DNA of 64,000 nt from a bacterium (GCA_030428125.1 JAUIBF010000001.1:162793-226792); one strand, 5' to 3'; shown: positions 1 to 9,701, counted from the first letter of the stretch. Program-made: numbers and translations. The notes: generated by a model from the letters alone, not told the origin.

Positions 1-2
1 AC

Positions 3-860
3 GTTGTTTTCAGACTTGAATATAACGAAGACGGTTCGATTGCAAACGTCATCGAAGTAGAAGTTCCTCCAAAAACTGAAATTCCAGTTTTGGGTATTCG
101 GAATAACGTGTCTGATAATGTTGAAGGTGGAGTTGTTATCTCTGATGATGACAGGAACGGAATGTTCGTAGTAAAACGAGAGGGCTCGTTTGTTATCGAT
201 GAGATAAATCAGGAAGCAGATGCTTCTGTGGCCGAAGGCGAAGAATTAGAAGTAGCTGACGACACAACTGAAACTCCTGACGAAACCACAGAAGATCCAG
301 AAGACACAACTGAAACTCCTGACGAAACCACAGAAGATCCAGAAGACACAACTGAAACTCCTGACGAAACCACAGAAGATCCAGAAGACACAACTGAAAC
401 TCCTGACGAAACCACAGAAGATCCAGAAGACACAACTGAAACTCCTGACGAAACCACAGAAGATCCAGAAGATGGTGGTGGCAGCGACGATGATACTGAT
501 CCAAATGACGGCAACGAAGATGAAGAAGCTTGTGGCGAGTCTGATGGTGAGTGTGAGGCTCCTAACCCAGGTGATGGTCCAGAAACTCCGGGAACAACTC
601 CAGGAAACGGAACAAACCCAACACCAACAACCGGTGCCCCAACCACAACAGGTGCTCCAACTACAACAGGTGCTCCAACTACAACTAGACCTTCTACAAC
701 TACAACTTCTACTACGACTACAACAGTACCTCCGACTACTACAACTTCAACCACAACAACTACTACAACAGTTAAACCAACAACTACAACTTCAACTACT
801 ACAACACCTCCGACTACTAAACCTCCAATCAACTGTGATCCAGAAATAGATGTGTGCTAA
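3..860 (+). CDS. 5'-partial low-complexity surface/secreted protein with acidic tandem repeat and Thr/Pro-rich mucin-like stalk
   Basis: The frame is open from position 3 (VVFRLEYNEDG...) into the listed 90..860 ORF. It contains 5x DTTETPDETTEDPE and PTTTGA repeats and ends CDPEIDVC. Confidence 0.75.
   Translation, partial: VVFRLEYNEDGSIANVIEVEVPPKTEIPVLGIRNNVSDNVEGGVVISDDDRNGMFVVKREGSFVIDEINQEADASVAEGEELEVADDTTETPDETTEDPEDTTETPDETTEDPEDTTETPDETTEDPEDTTETPDETTEDPEDTTETPDETTEDPEDGGGSDDDTDPNDGNEDEEACGESDGECEAPNPGDGPETPGTTPGNGTNPTPTTGAPTTTGAPTTTGAPTTTRPSTTTTSTTTTTVPPTTTTSTTTTTTTVKPTTTTSTTTTPPTTKPPINCDPEIDVC
261..470 (+). repeat. Perfect 42-bp tandem repeat, 5 copies, in-frame coding
   Basis: Unit gacacaactgaaactcctgacgaaaccacagaagatccagaa at 261, 303, 345, 387 and 429. 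Confidence 0.95.
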
Positions 861-870
861 ATAAGGAAGT

Positions 871-2349
871 ATGAAAGGAAATATCATGAACTACCTACAA
901 AGAATTCTAAAAGACACTTTTAACAGAACTTTGATTGTAATCCTCGGTCTAGCGATGCTTGCTGGGTTAGGTGCACTAATATCAAACTCTGTTAGCGCTC
1001 GAACAAAATATGATCCAAACGGAACAGCTACATCAGCTACTCCAGTATTCAATGAGTTTTACGATGTACCTAACGGGGTTGGTGACGAAGCTGACTTCGT
1101 AAGAGTCAAAAACCAAGCTGGTTCAAACGCAGACTACGTAAACGTACTAGACAGTGCTTGTAATGCAAACTCTGTTTATACAGTACGAACCTACGTTCAC
1201 AACGGTGCAGATCCAACGTTTAACGAAGGAACTGCGACTGCTATTGCACACAACACAACCCTAGAAATGAATGCTAAAACTTTCGGTCAAGTGCAAAAGA
1301 ACTTCGTGTTCGAGAGCACAATTGATGCGAGTAACGCAGCAAGCATGACCGATACTGCTGAACTAAAATGCGGCAAAGATGTAATACTTGAACTAGTTCC
1401 TTCATCTGTAGAAATCTATTCTAAGCCACTTGGCTGGAGCGGACTTCCTGATAGCTCAGTTAACGGTGGACCATTTCCGATTGGCAGCCGAACACTAGGC
1501 AGTGGTGACGTATACGCTTGCTGGGACGATCGAGTAATCGTTGTTTACGAAGTAGTCGTAAAGGAAAAGCCAGCAGAACTACACCCAGCTGTTTGTGACA
1601 ACCTACTTTACACAATCCTTTCAAACAATCAGGTACGTGTTGACGAAGTTGAGTACACAGCTAACGACGCAACTGTTAATAGTGTGAGCATTAACTATGG
1701 TGACGGTACAGTTAGTAGCCAGATACCTAACACTCATACTTACGACAAAGAAGGTGAATATATTATTACTGCAACTCTCAAGACTACATTCAAGGGTCAA
1801 TCCAAGGATGTAACCAGTCCTGACTGTAAAGCGAAAGTCACTGTTAATAAAGAGAAACAACCAGAATATGCTTGTGAAATGTTTGTCCTAAAGATGAATG
1901 ATCGAACAGCAAACGTGAGCTTTAAAGTAGTTTCAAAGAATGGTGCAGTATTCAAGAACGCACAGATTAGCTACTACGCCGACAGCGAATTGAAGAATGA
2001 AGTTATAACTGACAAAGTTAATAACGTGGGTATAATAACCTCAAGCTTCACTTACGACGAAAATGCAAAGAACGTAGAAGTTGTAGCTAAATTACGATTC
2101 AATATCGGTGAAGGTAAAGACCAGTACACAAGAGAAGCTATTTGTAAGGGTAAAGCTGTACTAGGAACACACATCGAGAAGTGTCCACTACCTGGCAAAG
2201 AAGATCTAGATGCTGATGACCCAAACTGTAAAGAGGTACCTCCAGCAGTAATCCCTGACACAGGTGCAGGAAGTGTAGCAGGAATCCTGACAGCAGTAAC
2301 AGCTGCAGGTGCTATCGCTCATCGAAAACTTACATTGCGACGCCAGTAA
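871..2349 (+). CDS. Secreted surface protein with PKD/Ig-like domain and LPXTG-like C-terminal sorting signal
   Basis: N-terminal signal peptide; PKD-like INYGDG...HTYDKEGEYIITATL; C-terminal IPDTG followed by a hydrophobic helix and basic tail RKLTLRRQ. Confidence 0.75.
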   Translation: MKGNIMNYLQRILKDTFNRTLIVILGLAMLAGLGALISNSVSARTKYDPNGTATSATPVFNEFYDVPNGVGDEADFVRVKNQAGSNADYVNVLDSACNANSVYTVRTYVHNGADPTFNEGTATAIAHNTTLEMNAKTFGQVQKNFVFESTIDASNAASMTDTAELKCGKDVILELVPSSVEIYSKPLGWSGLPDSSVNGGPFPIGSRTLGSGDVYACWDDRVIVVYEVVVKEKPAELHPAVCDNLLYTILSNNQVRVDEVEYTANDATVNSVSINYGDGTVSSQIPNTHTYDKEGEYIITATLKTTFKGQSKDVTSPDCKAKVTVNKEKQPEYACEMFVLKMNDRTANVSFKVVSKNGAVFKNAQISYYADSELKNEVITDKVNNVGIITSSFTYDENAKNVEVVAKLRFNIGEGKDQYTREAICKGKAVLGTHIEKCPLPGKEDLDADDPNCKEVPPAVIPDTGAGSVAGILTAVTAAGAIAHRKLTLRRQ

Positions 2350-2379
2350 AAAATAAAAAACTTGTGTTACAATAAAATC

Positions 2380-2590
2380 GGTTTCGCGAACAGCAAAACC
2401 ACTAGAGCAAACAAAGACTGACCGCTCTAAACACATACAAACAATCAGAAATAAAAACAAACCGTTCACCCAGTTTTTAGGGATGAAAATTAGGTCCGGG
2501 TTTGTTAAGCAAGCCCCCTTACCACCGAATAAGGTTAGCCGGATATGGCCAACATTATCTCAGAGGGCTAAGGGGGCTTTTATCTTTTTT
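2380..2590 (+). ncRNA. Candidate structured non-coding RNA (four consecutive hairpins, terminator-like end)
   Basis: Extended -10 TGtTACAAT at 2365-2373; four stems, the last an 11-bp stem (2511-2521/2569-2579) followed by a T-rich tract; no ORF in the supplied track explains it. Confidence 0.4.
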
Positions 2591-2609
2591 AAGGTACAAT
2601 TAAAGCAAG

Positions 2610-3134
2610 ATGCTTAAGCCTTACGAGACCGAAAATATAATATTCATAGATACTGAATTCACCGACCTGGATCCTTACAAAGGAGAAATACTATCTGTGG
2701 GAATCGTAAAACTGTCAGGCGAGGAGTTGTACGTAGAGCTTGAGCAGACAACGGAGTCTAGTAAGTGGGTGAAGAAGAACATCATCAAGACTCTAGATGG
2801 GCCAAAACTTACCAGGGAACAAGCAAACAGACAGATTCGTGAGTTTTTGGGTGCGTCAATGCCCTATGCAGTAGGGTTTGTTGATAACTACGACGTAATT
2901 TATTTAACTAAAATTTTTGGTGCCGGTAAGTTACCCTTCAGGTGGACGACAATTGATTTCGCCTCAGTACTGTTCGCTATTGGCGTAAACCCGGTTAAGT
3001 TCCAACAAGATAATGAGGGAGCAAAAAGTTTTTATAAAAAACTAGGTATCGACACCAAAAAATATCGACACCATCACGCCCTAGATGACGCTAGGATTTT
3101 ACGTGAAGTCTGGCTAAAACTAGTAGAAAAATGA
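2610..3134 (+). CDS. DEDDh-family 3'-5' exonuclease
   Basis: ExoI IDTEFT, ExoII YD and ExoIII HHALDDA motifs. Confidence 0.85.
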   Translation: MLKPYETENIIFIDTEFTDLDPYKGEILSVGIVKLSGEELYVELEQTTESSKWVKKNIIKTLDGPKLTREQANRQIREFLGASMPYAVGFVDNYDVIYLTKIFGAGKLPFRWTTIDFASVLFAIGVNPVKFQQDNEGAKSFYKKLGIDTKKYRHHHALDDARILREVWLKLVEK

Positions 3135-3174
3135 TATAATTGTTAACAGGTACTAATAAACAAGAGAGGGAAAA

Positions 3175-3723
3175 ATGAACAAAGATGCTTTAATGGCTGC
3201 AATAATTGCCCTAGTGCTAGGATTGGGTGGAGGTTATGGAATTGCTCAATTAATGACGGACGATGATTCAGATACGTCAGCCAGCGAGTCAACTGAAATG
3301 CCTCACGAACATTCGCATCCTATGTATGAGGTCGATGCAACAAATGCACCAACTGTCGAGTTGATGGTTGAGGAAGACGCGAAAAGTGGCTGGAACGTAC
3401 ACATCATGACAACCAACTTTACATTCACGCCAGAAAACGTCAATGGCGAAAATGTAGATGGCGAAGGTCACGCACATCTTTACGTAGATGGCGAAAAGAT
3501 CACTAGACTTTATGGAAACTATTTTTACTATGATGGAGAGTTTGAAGGAACCGAGACGTTTCGTGTAACCCTGAATACAAACGACCATAGTGATTATGCA
3601 GTTGACGGTGAAGTAATTGCGGCTGAAGTAGAAGTTACTCATGACCACGAAACGATGCCACACGCAGAAGAATCGTCACAAGATTCACATGATGACACGG
3701 GTGAAAATTCTCACTCACACTAA
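3175..3723 (+). CDS. Membrane-anchored His-rich putative metal-binding protein
   Basis: N-terminal TM helix; HEHSH, GHAHLYVDG and NDHS motifs; His-rich tail. Confidence 0.6.
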   Translation: MNKDALMAAIIALVLGLGGGYGIAQLMTDDDSDTSASESTEMPHEHSHPMYEVDATNAPTVELMVEEDAKSGWNVHIMTTNFTFTPENVNGENVDGEGHAHLYVDGEKITRLYGNYFYYDGEFEGTETFRVTLNTNDHSDYAVDGEVIAAEVEVTHDHETMPHAEESSQDSHDDTGENSHSH

Positions 3724-3740
3724 ATCTGTTACACTCTAAA

Positions 3741-3775
3741 ACTAAAAACACCACTGAGAAGTGGTGATTTTTAGT
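3741..3775. terminator. Inverted repeat, probable bidirectional terminator
   Basis: actaaaaacaccact-gaga-agtggtgatttttagt, between the 3175 ORF and the convergent tRNA-Glu unit. Confidence 0.55.
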
Positions 3776-3951
3776 TGGTGATCGGGAAGGGGGATTTATT
3801 CTTATTAATGTTTGCTCGCTCAAGAGCTAAAGCATTTCGCTCGGCCAAGCAAGGAAAACTCAGAATGCCACAGGCATTCTTCGCCCTCACGGGGTTCGAT
3901 TCAAATGAATATTTTCACGAAAAAAGACCAGCTGATGCTGATCTTGTTTCG

Positions 3952-4026
3952 TGGTGATCTCAAGGGGAATCGAACCCCTATTGCCAGGATGAAAACCTGG
4001 TGTCCTAACCGTTAGACGATGAGACC
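3952..4026 (-). tRNA. tRNA-Glu (TTC)
   Basis: Reverse complement folds as a cloverleaf: anticodon arm ccagg-tt-TTC-at-cctgg, T arm agggg-ttcgatt-cccct, encoded CCA. Confidence 0.95.
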
Positions 4027-4064
4027 TTTATTTATAGTTCGAAACATATTTTAACAGAGGTGAG

Positions 4065-4583
4065 CTATTTTTTCAATATGTAATGTTTTAGCAGAGTTCC
4101 CTTGTTATTTAGTTGTTTTTCTTCGGATAAAGTAAACCCCTTATCTTCAAAATAGTGGCCATGGGTACTTAGTTGCACCCCACTGCCATTGCGAACCGGT
4201 TCTATTGTAATGTACGCCTCGTCTATTAATTTTTGTTCTAGCAGCTGATGAAATACGCTTGCACCACCCAGAACTAGTATCTCTGAAGTTTTGCCCTCAA
4301 AACTGCTTAGGATATCTCTGAAAGATTTGTCTGTGAAAGTAACCCCTGCAGCCTTAGGCTGCTCTGATACATTATGCGACATAACGATTTTATGAGCATT
4401 AGCTGGCAAGGCGTTTTTAGCAACCTGATACGTTTTGCTACCCATTAGATACACATCGTATCTATGCAGCATGTTATGATAGTGATTCTTGTCTTCTTCC
4501 GACGTCCAGCTACTTGGGTTTGGGTTAGTGCCTTTTGTCAGGTAGCCATCCACGCTAATAGCAGCTACAGCAATGGTTCTCAT
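4065..4583 (-). CDS. Dihydrofolate reductase / RibD C-terminal family protein
   Basis: AAISVDGY, LMGSKTY, VLGGASVF and LIDEAYITIEP motifs. Confidence 0.8.
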   Translation of the reverse strand: MRTIAVAAISVDGYLTKGTNPNPSSWTSEEDKNHYHNMLHRYDVYLMGSKTYQVAKNALPANAHKIVMSHNVSEQPKAAGVTFTDKSFRDILSSFEGKTSEILVLGGASVFHQLLEQKLIDEAYITIEPVRNGSGVQLSTHGHYFEDKGFTLSEEKQLNNKGTLLKHYILKK

Positions 4584-5197
4584 TTTGTAGCGAGCTGGTG
4601 TAGCTTATTAATTATTTCGTCTGTCACATTCTGTCGAGATTTTGTTGCATCGACTGTTACCACTAAGTCTTTCTGTCTATAAAAATCGATCACCGGAATC
4701 GTATGTTCTTTATAGTAGTTTAGCCTGCGTAGGAGTGATTCTTCAGTATCGTCGTGTCTCATGCCTCGGTCATCATTCTCTTTAGCGGCTTCGAATCTAT
4801 GCCGGATTTCTTCTAGAGGAAAGTCTAGGACAATAACGGCCTTAGTCGGGTGATTGCTCTCTTCAGTGGCCTCAAAAACAACTTTTTCTTCACCTTTCAT
4901 CCGACCAATAGAACTTAGAAATAGCGGTCTGTCTTTGAGTTTTTCTTCGTAAAAATAGGGCACAACAATATCTCTGAAGTCATCTGTTGGCGCTAGATGT
5001 CCATCGTCAATTTCATTTTTTAGATTTTCGTTTTTATCTCTGTGAGAACGCAGGATTTCTCCACTACTTAGTTTATATCCATCAAAAATTTCTGAAAGGA
5101 TTAAACTCTGCGTGTCTTTCCCGGAGAATTGTGGACCGAATATATTTACGCTTCCACTACCAAGCCAAGATTTTACAATAGCAATTTTCTCTTCCAT
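4580..5197 (-). CDS. adk: Adenylate kinase family nucleoside monophosphate kinase
   Basis: P-loop GPQFSGKDT; SSGEILR; RHDDTEESLLRRL..Y...T.PVIDFY. Confidence 0.75.
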   Translation of the reverse strand: MEEKIAIVKSWLGSGSVNIFGPQFSGKDTQSLILSEIFDGYKLSSGEILRSHRDKNENLKNEIDDGHLAPTDDFRDIVVPYFYEEKLKDRPLFLSSIGRMKGEEKVVFEATEESNHPTKAVIVLDFPLEEIRHRFEAAKENDDRGMRHDDTEESLLRRLNYYKEHTIPVIDFYRQKDLVVTVDATKSRQNVTDEIINKLHQLATK

Positions 5198-5415
5198 TAC
5201 AGAATTATAACAAAATCAACGAATTACTTCTGCAAAAGTATGGTTTCAATTAGTGTAGTTTTTCTCTGTAATGAGAATATGTGTAATTCATGTACATTGC
5301 TAACATAGGATGGTCAACTTCACTAATTGTAGTTATCATGATAAGATTCGCTTCTTGAGTTTAGCAGAAACTTTTCTTTGCTACGGATAAACATAAGCGA
5401 TATAATGTAGGTAAG

Positions 5416-6849
5416 ATGAAAACTACTCAAAAGGCACCTAATGTGCCGGTTACAGATTTTAAGCGTACTAAAATATTAGCAACTATCGGACCTGGTACTT
5501 CGAACTACGACATGGTTTATAAAATGATAGAGGCCGGCGCCAACGGTATTCGGCTTAATTGTAGTCATGGAGTTAACGAAGAACGTGTTGAGCAGATTGA
5601 ATGGGTTAGAAAAGCTTCAAACGAACAGGGAAAACCAGTTGCAATTCTACAAGATTTACAGGGTCCAAAGATTCGTCTGGGTGATTTCGAAGGAGTTATT
5701 CCCGTTCAGGCTGGGCAAAGTCTGCAACTTAAATATAAAGCAGACTATGAACGAAGTGGTCAGATTCCAATCCAGTATGATTTAAGTAAGAAGGTAAAGC
5801 GTGGTGAGCGATTATATATTTTTGACGGTAAGGTTAAAACGATAATAACTAGCGTCAAAGACGGCATCGTACACGTAAACGTAGAAAACGATGGTGTGCT
5901 ACTAAAACGAAAAGGCATAAATTTACCTGATACTGACTTTGCGGGTGATGTAATTACTAAAAAAGATGTAGAAGACGCTACGTGGGGTTCAGGTCAAGAT
6001 ATTGATTATGTAGCACAAAGTTTCGTGCAAACAGCAGACGATATCAAACAGTTGCATAAAATTTTAAAGAACCTAGGTTCAAATGCGAAAATTGTTGCCA
6101 AGATCGAGACTGTAGCAGCTCTAGAAAACATAGAATCGATAATAGATGTATCAGATGCAATTATGATAGCCAGAGGTGATTTGGCTGTTGAGACTGCGCC
6201 AGAAGTTGTGCCTGTAGAGCAAAGACGAATAGTCGGACTATGTCGTAAGTACAGCAAGCCAGTAATAGTTGCAACTCAGATGCTAGCAACGATGACTGAG
6301 TCAAGTGAGCCAACCAGGGCTGAAGTCTCAGATGTTGCAACTGCTGCAATTATCGGCACAGACTGTGTGATGCTTAGTGAAGAAACAGCGGTGGGTAAAT
6401 ATCCTGTCGAGGCCATTAAGATTATGAAACGAGTGGTTACTTACACAGAAAAGTATAGTCCAGTAGACGCTGTTTTTAGAATTGTTGACGAAGAAAATAC
6501 GCGACAATCCGCGATTGTAAGCGCAGCCGTTACTCTAACAGAAGAAGTTGATGCTACTGCAATTGTTGCAGAAACCAAGTCAGGTGCTACAGCAGTTCAG
6601 ATTTCAGCGCGTCGCCCAGATCATCCTATCATCGCAGTAACATCACTAGAACGGGTTTCGAATCAGCTAGCACTTGTTTATGGTGTAAAAAGTTTTGTAA
6701 GGCCAGATAGCAAATCAGCGGCTACCAAACTTACTAACTGGCTTGAGAAGAGCAAAACCTTAAAAAAGGGTGACGTCATCGTAACTGCATCAGGTCAGTA
6801 CCCAGGGGTTGTTGGTACTACAGACACTATTAAGGTCAGAGTATTGTAA
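5416..6849 (+). CDS. pyk: Pyruvate kinase
   Basis: RTKILATIGP, DLQGPKIR, AKIET, IMIARGDLAVE, ATQML and VMLSEETAVG motifs. Confidence 0.97.
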   Translation: MKTTQKAPNVPVTDFKRTKILATIGPGTSNYDMVYKMIEAGANGIRLNCSHGVNEERVEQIEWVRKASNEQGKPVAILQDLQGPKIRLGDFEGVIPVQAGQSLQLKYKADYERSGQIPIQYDLSKKVKRGERLYIFDGKVKTIITSVKDGIVHVNVENDGVLLKRKGINLPDTDFAGDVITKKDVEDATWGSGQDIDYVAQSFVQTADDIKQLHKILKNLGSNAKIVAKIETVAALENIESIIDVSDAIMIARGDLAVETAPEVVPVEQRRIVGLCRKYSKPVIVATQMLATMTESSEPTRAEVSDVATAAIIGTDCVMLSEETAVGKYPVEAIKIMKRVVTYTEKYSPVDAVFRIVDEENTRQSAIVSAAVTLTEEVDATAIVAETKSGATAVQISARRPDHPIIAVTSLERVSNQLALVYGVKSFVRPDSKSAATKLTNWLEKSKTLKKGDVIVTASGQYPGVVGTTDTIKVRVL

Positions 6850-6895
6850 CAAGTCGGTTACTCCTGTAAAATTTAGCTATAAAAGGTGGGATAAC

Positions 6896-8185
6896 TTGTT
6901 TACAAAAAAAACACTCAGAGATATAGATTTAGTCGAAAAATACGTGCTTCTACGTGCTGACTATAATGTTCCCATCAAAGACGGGGTTATTAAGGGCGAC
7001 TATAGAATTACTCAGAGCATACCTACAATAAAAGCTCTGCAGAAACAGGGTTGTAAAATAGTAATTTGTTCACACTTGGGGCGCCCAAAAGGGCAAGACG
7101 ACAAACAATTTTCGTTAAAGCCCGTAGCCAAAGAACTGAGCAAACTACTGGATCAGCCAGTATATTTTGCATCTGACTGCGTAGGTGAAGAAGTTAAAGA
7201 GGCAGCTTCTAAGCTAAAGCCTAAGGAGATTCTGCTTCTAGAGAACTTACGTTTCCATGAAGAAGAAAAGAAGAATGATGAGCAGTTTGCTCAGGAAATA
7301 ATTGATTCAACAAATGCGGAGGTTTTAGTTCAAGACGGATTTGGTGTTGTACACCGTGCACATGCGAGTACCGACGCAATAGCACGGAAGATTCCTGCAG
7401 TTGCCGGTCTTCTTCTAGAAAGTGAAGTAGATAACATTACAAACGTCATGCATAATCCCAAAAGGCCACTCATGGCAATTATTGGTGGTGCTAAAATAGC
7501 TGACAAAATAGATATCATTAACGCGTTTATAGAAAAAGCTGACATTGTTGCAATTGGTGGGGCAATGGCAAACACATTTCTCAAAGCACAAGATGTTGAG
7601 GTTGGCCAAAGTCTAGTGGACGAAACGGAACTTGATACAGCGCATGACATCATGGATAAAGCTCGTGCAGAAGCAAAAAAACGCAAGTTCATTTTTTATT
7701 TACCTCAAGACGGAGTCGTATCCAAAAAAGTTGAAAGTAAAACAACAACCAGAATAGTGGACTGGGATGCACAAGTCATAGCAGACATAGAAAACTATCC
7801 GGCTAACCCTAAGCTAAGTGCTAGCAAGGTGGCGAGAGATGAGAAGATTTTAGACATAGGTCCATTCTCCGGTGCTTTTATAAGTGGTGCAATGCAGTTA
7901 TCGGAAACCGTAGTTTGGAACGGAACTATGGGAGTTTCAGAAATTACAGCCGTGCATGGACCAATCGGACCTTTTGCACATGGTACGGAACTGATAATTG
8001 AAGGTCTAGTAGGAAAATTTGGCAGCAAACCTTTTAGTTTACTAGGAGGTGGTGATACCACAGCGTATATTGAGCACAGAGGTTTAACGGACATGTTTAG
8101 CCATGTGTCTACTGGTGGAGGAGCAAGTTTGGAGTTAATGAGTGGCAATACTTTGCCCGGAGTGGATGTACTGTGGGACAAGTAA
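6896..8185 (+). CDS. pgk: Phosphoglycerate kinase (likely TTG start at 6896; listed ORF opens at 6809)
   Basis: RADYNVP, SHLGRP, LLENLRF, DGFGVVHRAHAS, GGGDT and HVSTGGGASLE motifs. Confidence 0.96.
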   Translation: MFTKKTLRDIDLVEKYVLLRADYNVPIKDGVIKGDYRITQSIPTIKALQKQGCKIVICSHLGRPKGQDDKQFSLKPVAKELSKLLDQPVYFASDCVGEEVKEAASKLKPKEILLLENLRFHEEEKKNDEQFAQEIIDSTNAEVLVQDGFGVVHRAHASTDAIARKIPAVAGLLLESEVDNITNVMHNPKRPLMAIIGGAKIADKIDIINAFIEKADIVAIGGAMANTFLKAQDVEVGQSLVDETELDTAHDIMDKARAEAKKRKFIFYLPQDGVVSKKVESKTTTRIVDWDAQVIADIENYPANPKLSASKVARDEKILDIGPFSGAFISGAMQLSETVVWNGTMGVSEITAVHGPIGPFAHGTELIIEGLVGKFGSKPFSLLGGGDTTAYIEHRGLTDMFSHVSTGGGASLELMSGNTLPGVDVLWDK

Positions 8186-8215
8186 ACAGATTGAAAGCAT
8201 GATAATATAAAGCAT

Positions 8216-9001
8216 ATGCGTAATAATAGAAAGATAATGATAGCAGGTAATTGGAAGGAACATATGGATGTTTCTACTGCCTCCCATTTTTTACACAGAC
8301 TTCAAGAATCTGTTGCTAATAGACAAAGTATTGAAGTAGTACTGTTCCCAAATGTTCTAGTGTTGCAACCTCTAAGCGTACAGCTCGATAGGAGGAAATT
8401 TAGACTAGGTGCTCAGGACGGTTTCTATAAAGACGCGGGAGCATATACAGGTGAAGTTTCCATGGCTATGTTGAATGATCTAGTTCACTATGTTTTAGTA
8501 GGACATTCTGAAAGGCGTCATGTATTTAACGAAAACGATGATGTAGCCTCGAAGAAAGTTCAATCAGCAGTTCGTAACGGGATTATCCCGGTTTTATGTA
8601 TTGGTGAAACACTTCAAGAAAGATTATCGGGAGAAACCAAGCAAATATTACACAATCAACTTACTGCAGGCCTTATGCATTTAACTGCTAGGGAAGCTGC
8701 GGCAATGGTGATTGCATACGAGCCTGTCTGGGCTATCGGCACGGGAGAGTTTGCGAAACCAGATCAAGTAGAAGAGGCCATAAAGTATATCAGAAACCAA
8801 GTGTCTCAATTATTTGGAGAGAGGACTGCACGACACATAAGAATTCTTTACGGTGGAAGTGTTGATGACCACAATGCAAGTGCTTTCATCGAGCTTGAGG
8901 ATTGCGACGGAGCTCTTGTTGGTGGTGCGAGCCTAAATCATGAGAAATTCGCGAAAATTGTTGATGTTGCATTTAAGGTTCAACAAAAAAGAATGGACTG
9001 A
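8216..9001 (+). CDS. tpiA: Triosephosphate isomerase
   Basis: AGNWK, GHSERR, AYEPVWAIGTG, YGGSV and LVGGASL motifs. Confidence 0.97.
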   Translation: MRNNRKIMIAGNWKEHMDVSTASHFLHRLQESVANRQSIEVVLFPNVLVLQPLSVQLDRRKFRLGAQDGFYKDAGAYTGEVSMAMLNDLVHYVLVGHSERRHVFNENDDVASKKVQSAVRNGIIPVLCIGETLQERLSGETKQILHNQLTAGLMHLTAREAAAMVIAYEPVWAIGTGEFAKPDQVEEAIKYIRNQVSQLFGERTARHIRILYGGSVDDHNASAFIELEDCDGALVGGASLNHEKFAKIVDVAFKVQQKRMD

Positions 9002-9003
9002 GA

Positions 9004-9663
9004 ATGCCTGCTAAAAAGGAAGATGAAAAAAAAGTAATGGATGTTTCCAGTCCTGGCGAATCCAAGCCAGACACTGGTTCTAAGCCGATGGTTGTGGGAC
9101 ATAAGTTCCTATCGTCAGACCCAGATGTTAAGACTAAGGACGCTGAAGAGACTAAGGAAGACGACAGTAACAAATCTGAAGAAAAAGAAACTATCACTCC
9201 AAAAAAGAAAATTGTGTTGAAGCCGTTGTCCGATAATATTAAAACCGACGAAGAAGAACCCGACGAAACTAAAATGCCTGAAGAAAAAGATGATAAACAG
9301 GATAGCCCTAACGAATCAGAAGTAAGCTCCAAAGAAGACGAGCCTAAACAAGAAGAGAAAAAAGAAGAACCTAAAGAAGTTTCTGAAGCAGAAAAGTCAG
9401 ATGATCAGCAAAGTGATAATGATGCATCAGAAGAAACTCAAAAAGATGAAGACAAAGCCAATCTAGAGAAAGAGAACAGGCTACAAGATATTATTAAGAG
9501 CAAAGAATATTATGTACCCATAAAACACCAGGGCGCATCTGCAGTTAAGACTTTTCTCGTGACCTTTATTCTGGTTTGTGTAGTAGGTTTACTGGCGCTG
9601 GCTATTTTAATCGATGCAGAAGTATTAGATTTTGGCATAGATTTACCTTTTGACTTTTTATAA
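9004..9663 (+). CDS. Hypothetical protein with acidic disordered region and C-terminal TM anchor
   Basis: E/K/D-rich body with a single C-terminal hydrophobic helix. Confidence 0.65.
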   Translation: MPAKKEDEKKVMDVSSPGESKPDTGSKPMVVGHKFLSSDPDVKTKDAEETKEDDSNKSEEKETITPKKKIVLKPLSDNIKTDEEEPDETKMPEEKDDKQDSPNESEVSSKEDEPKQEEKKEEPKEVSEAEKSDDQQSDNDASEETQKDEDKANLEKENRLQDIIKSKEYYVPIKHQGASAVKTFLVTFILVCVVGLLALAILIDAEVLDFGIDLPFDFL

Positions 9664-9701
9664 AAGACAACAATTTTTGGGGTTCAGTTTTGTTACAATA
9701 A

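Noticed and set aside
261-470. Possible CRISPR array
   Set aside because: Units are contiguous and identical with no spacers, in-frame in a CDS, and no cas genes are present in the window.
193-849. Alternative-frame ORFs 193-504, 209-832 and 472-849
   Set aside because: Shadows of the low-complexity repeat gene.
2490-2516. SRP (4.5S) RNA-like aggtccgg...aagca.gcc
   Set aside because: The GNRA-capped helix and symmetric loop of domain IV cannot be formed; kept only as an unknown RNA candidate.
3635-4015. ORFs 3635-3823, 3775-3957 and 3812-4015
   Set aside because: They overlap tRNA-Glu and its palindromic array and show no protein-like features.
6809-6895. N-terminal extension of Pgk overlapping pyk
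   Set aside because: Pgk similarity starts at FTKKTLRD; TTG at 6896 is the more plausible start.
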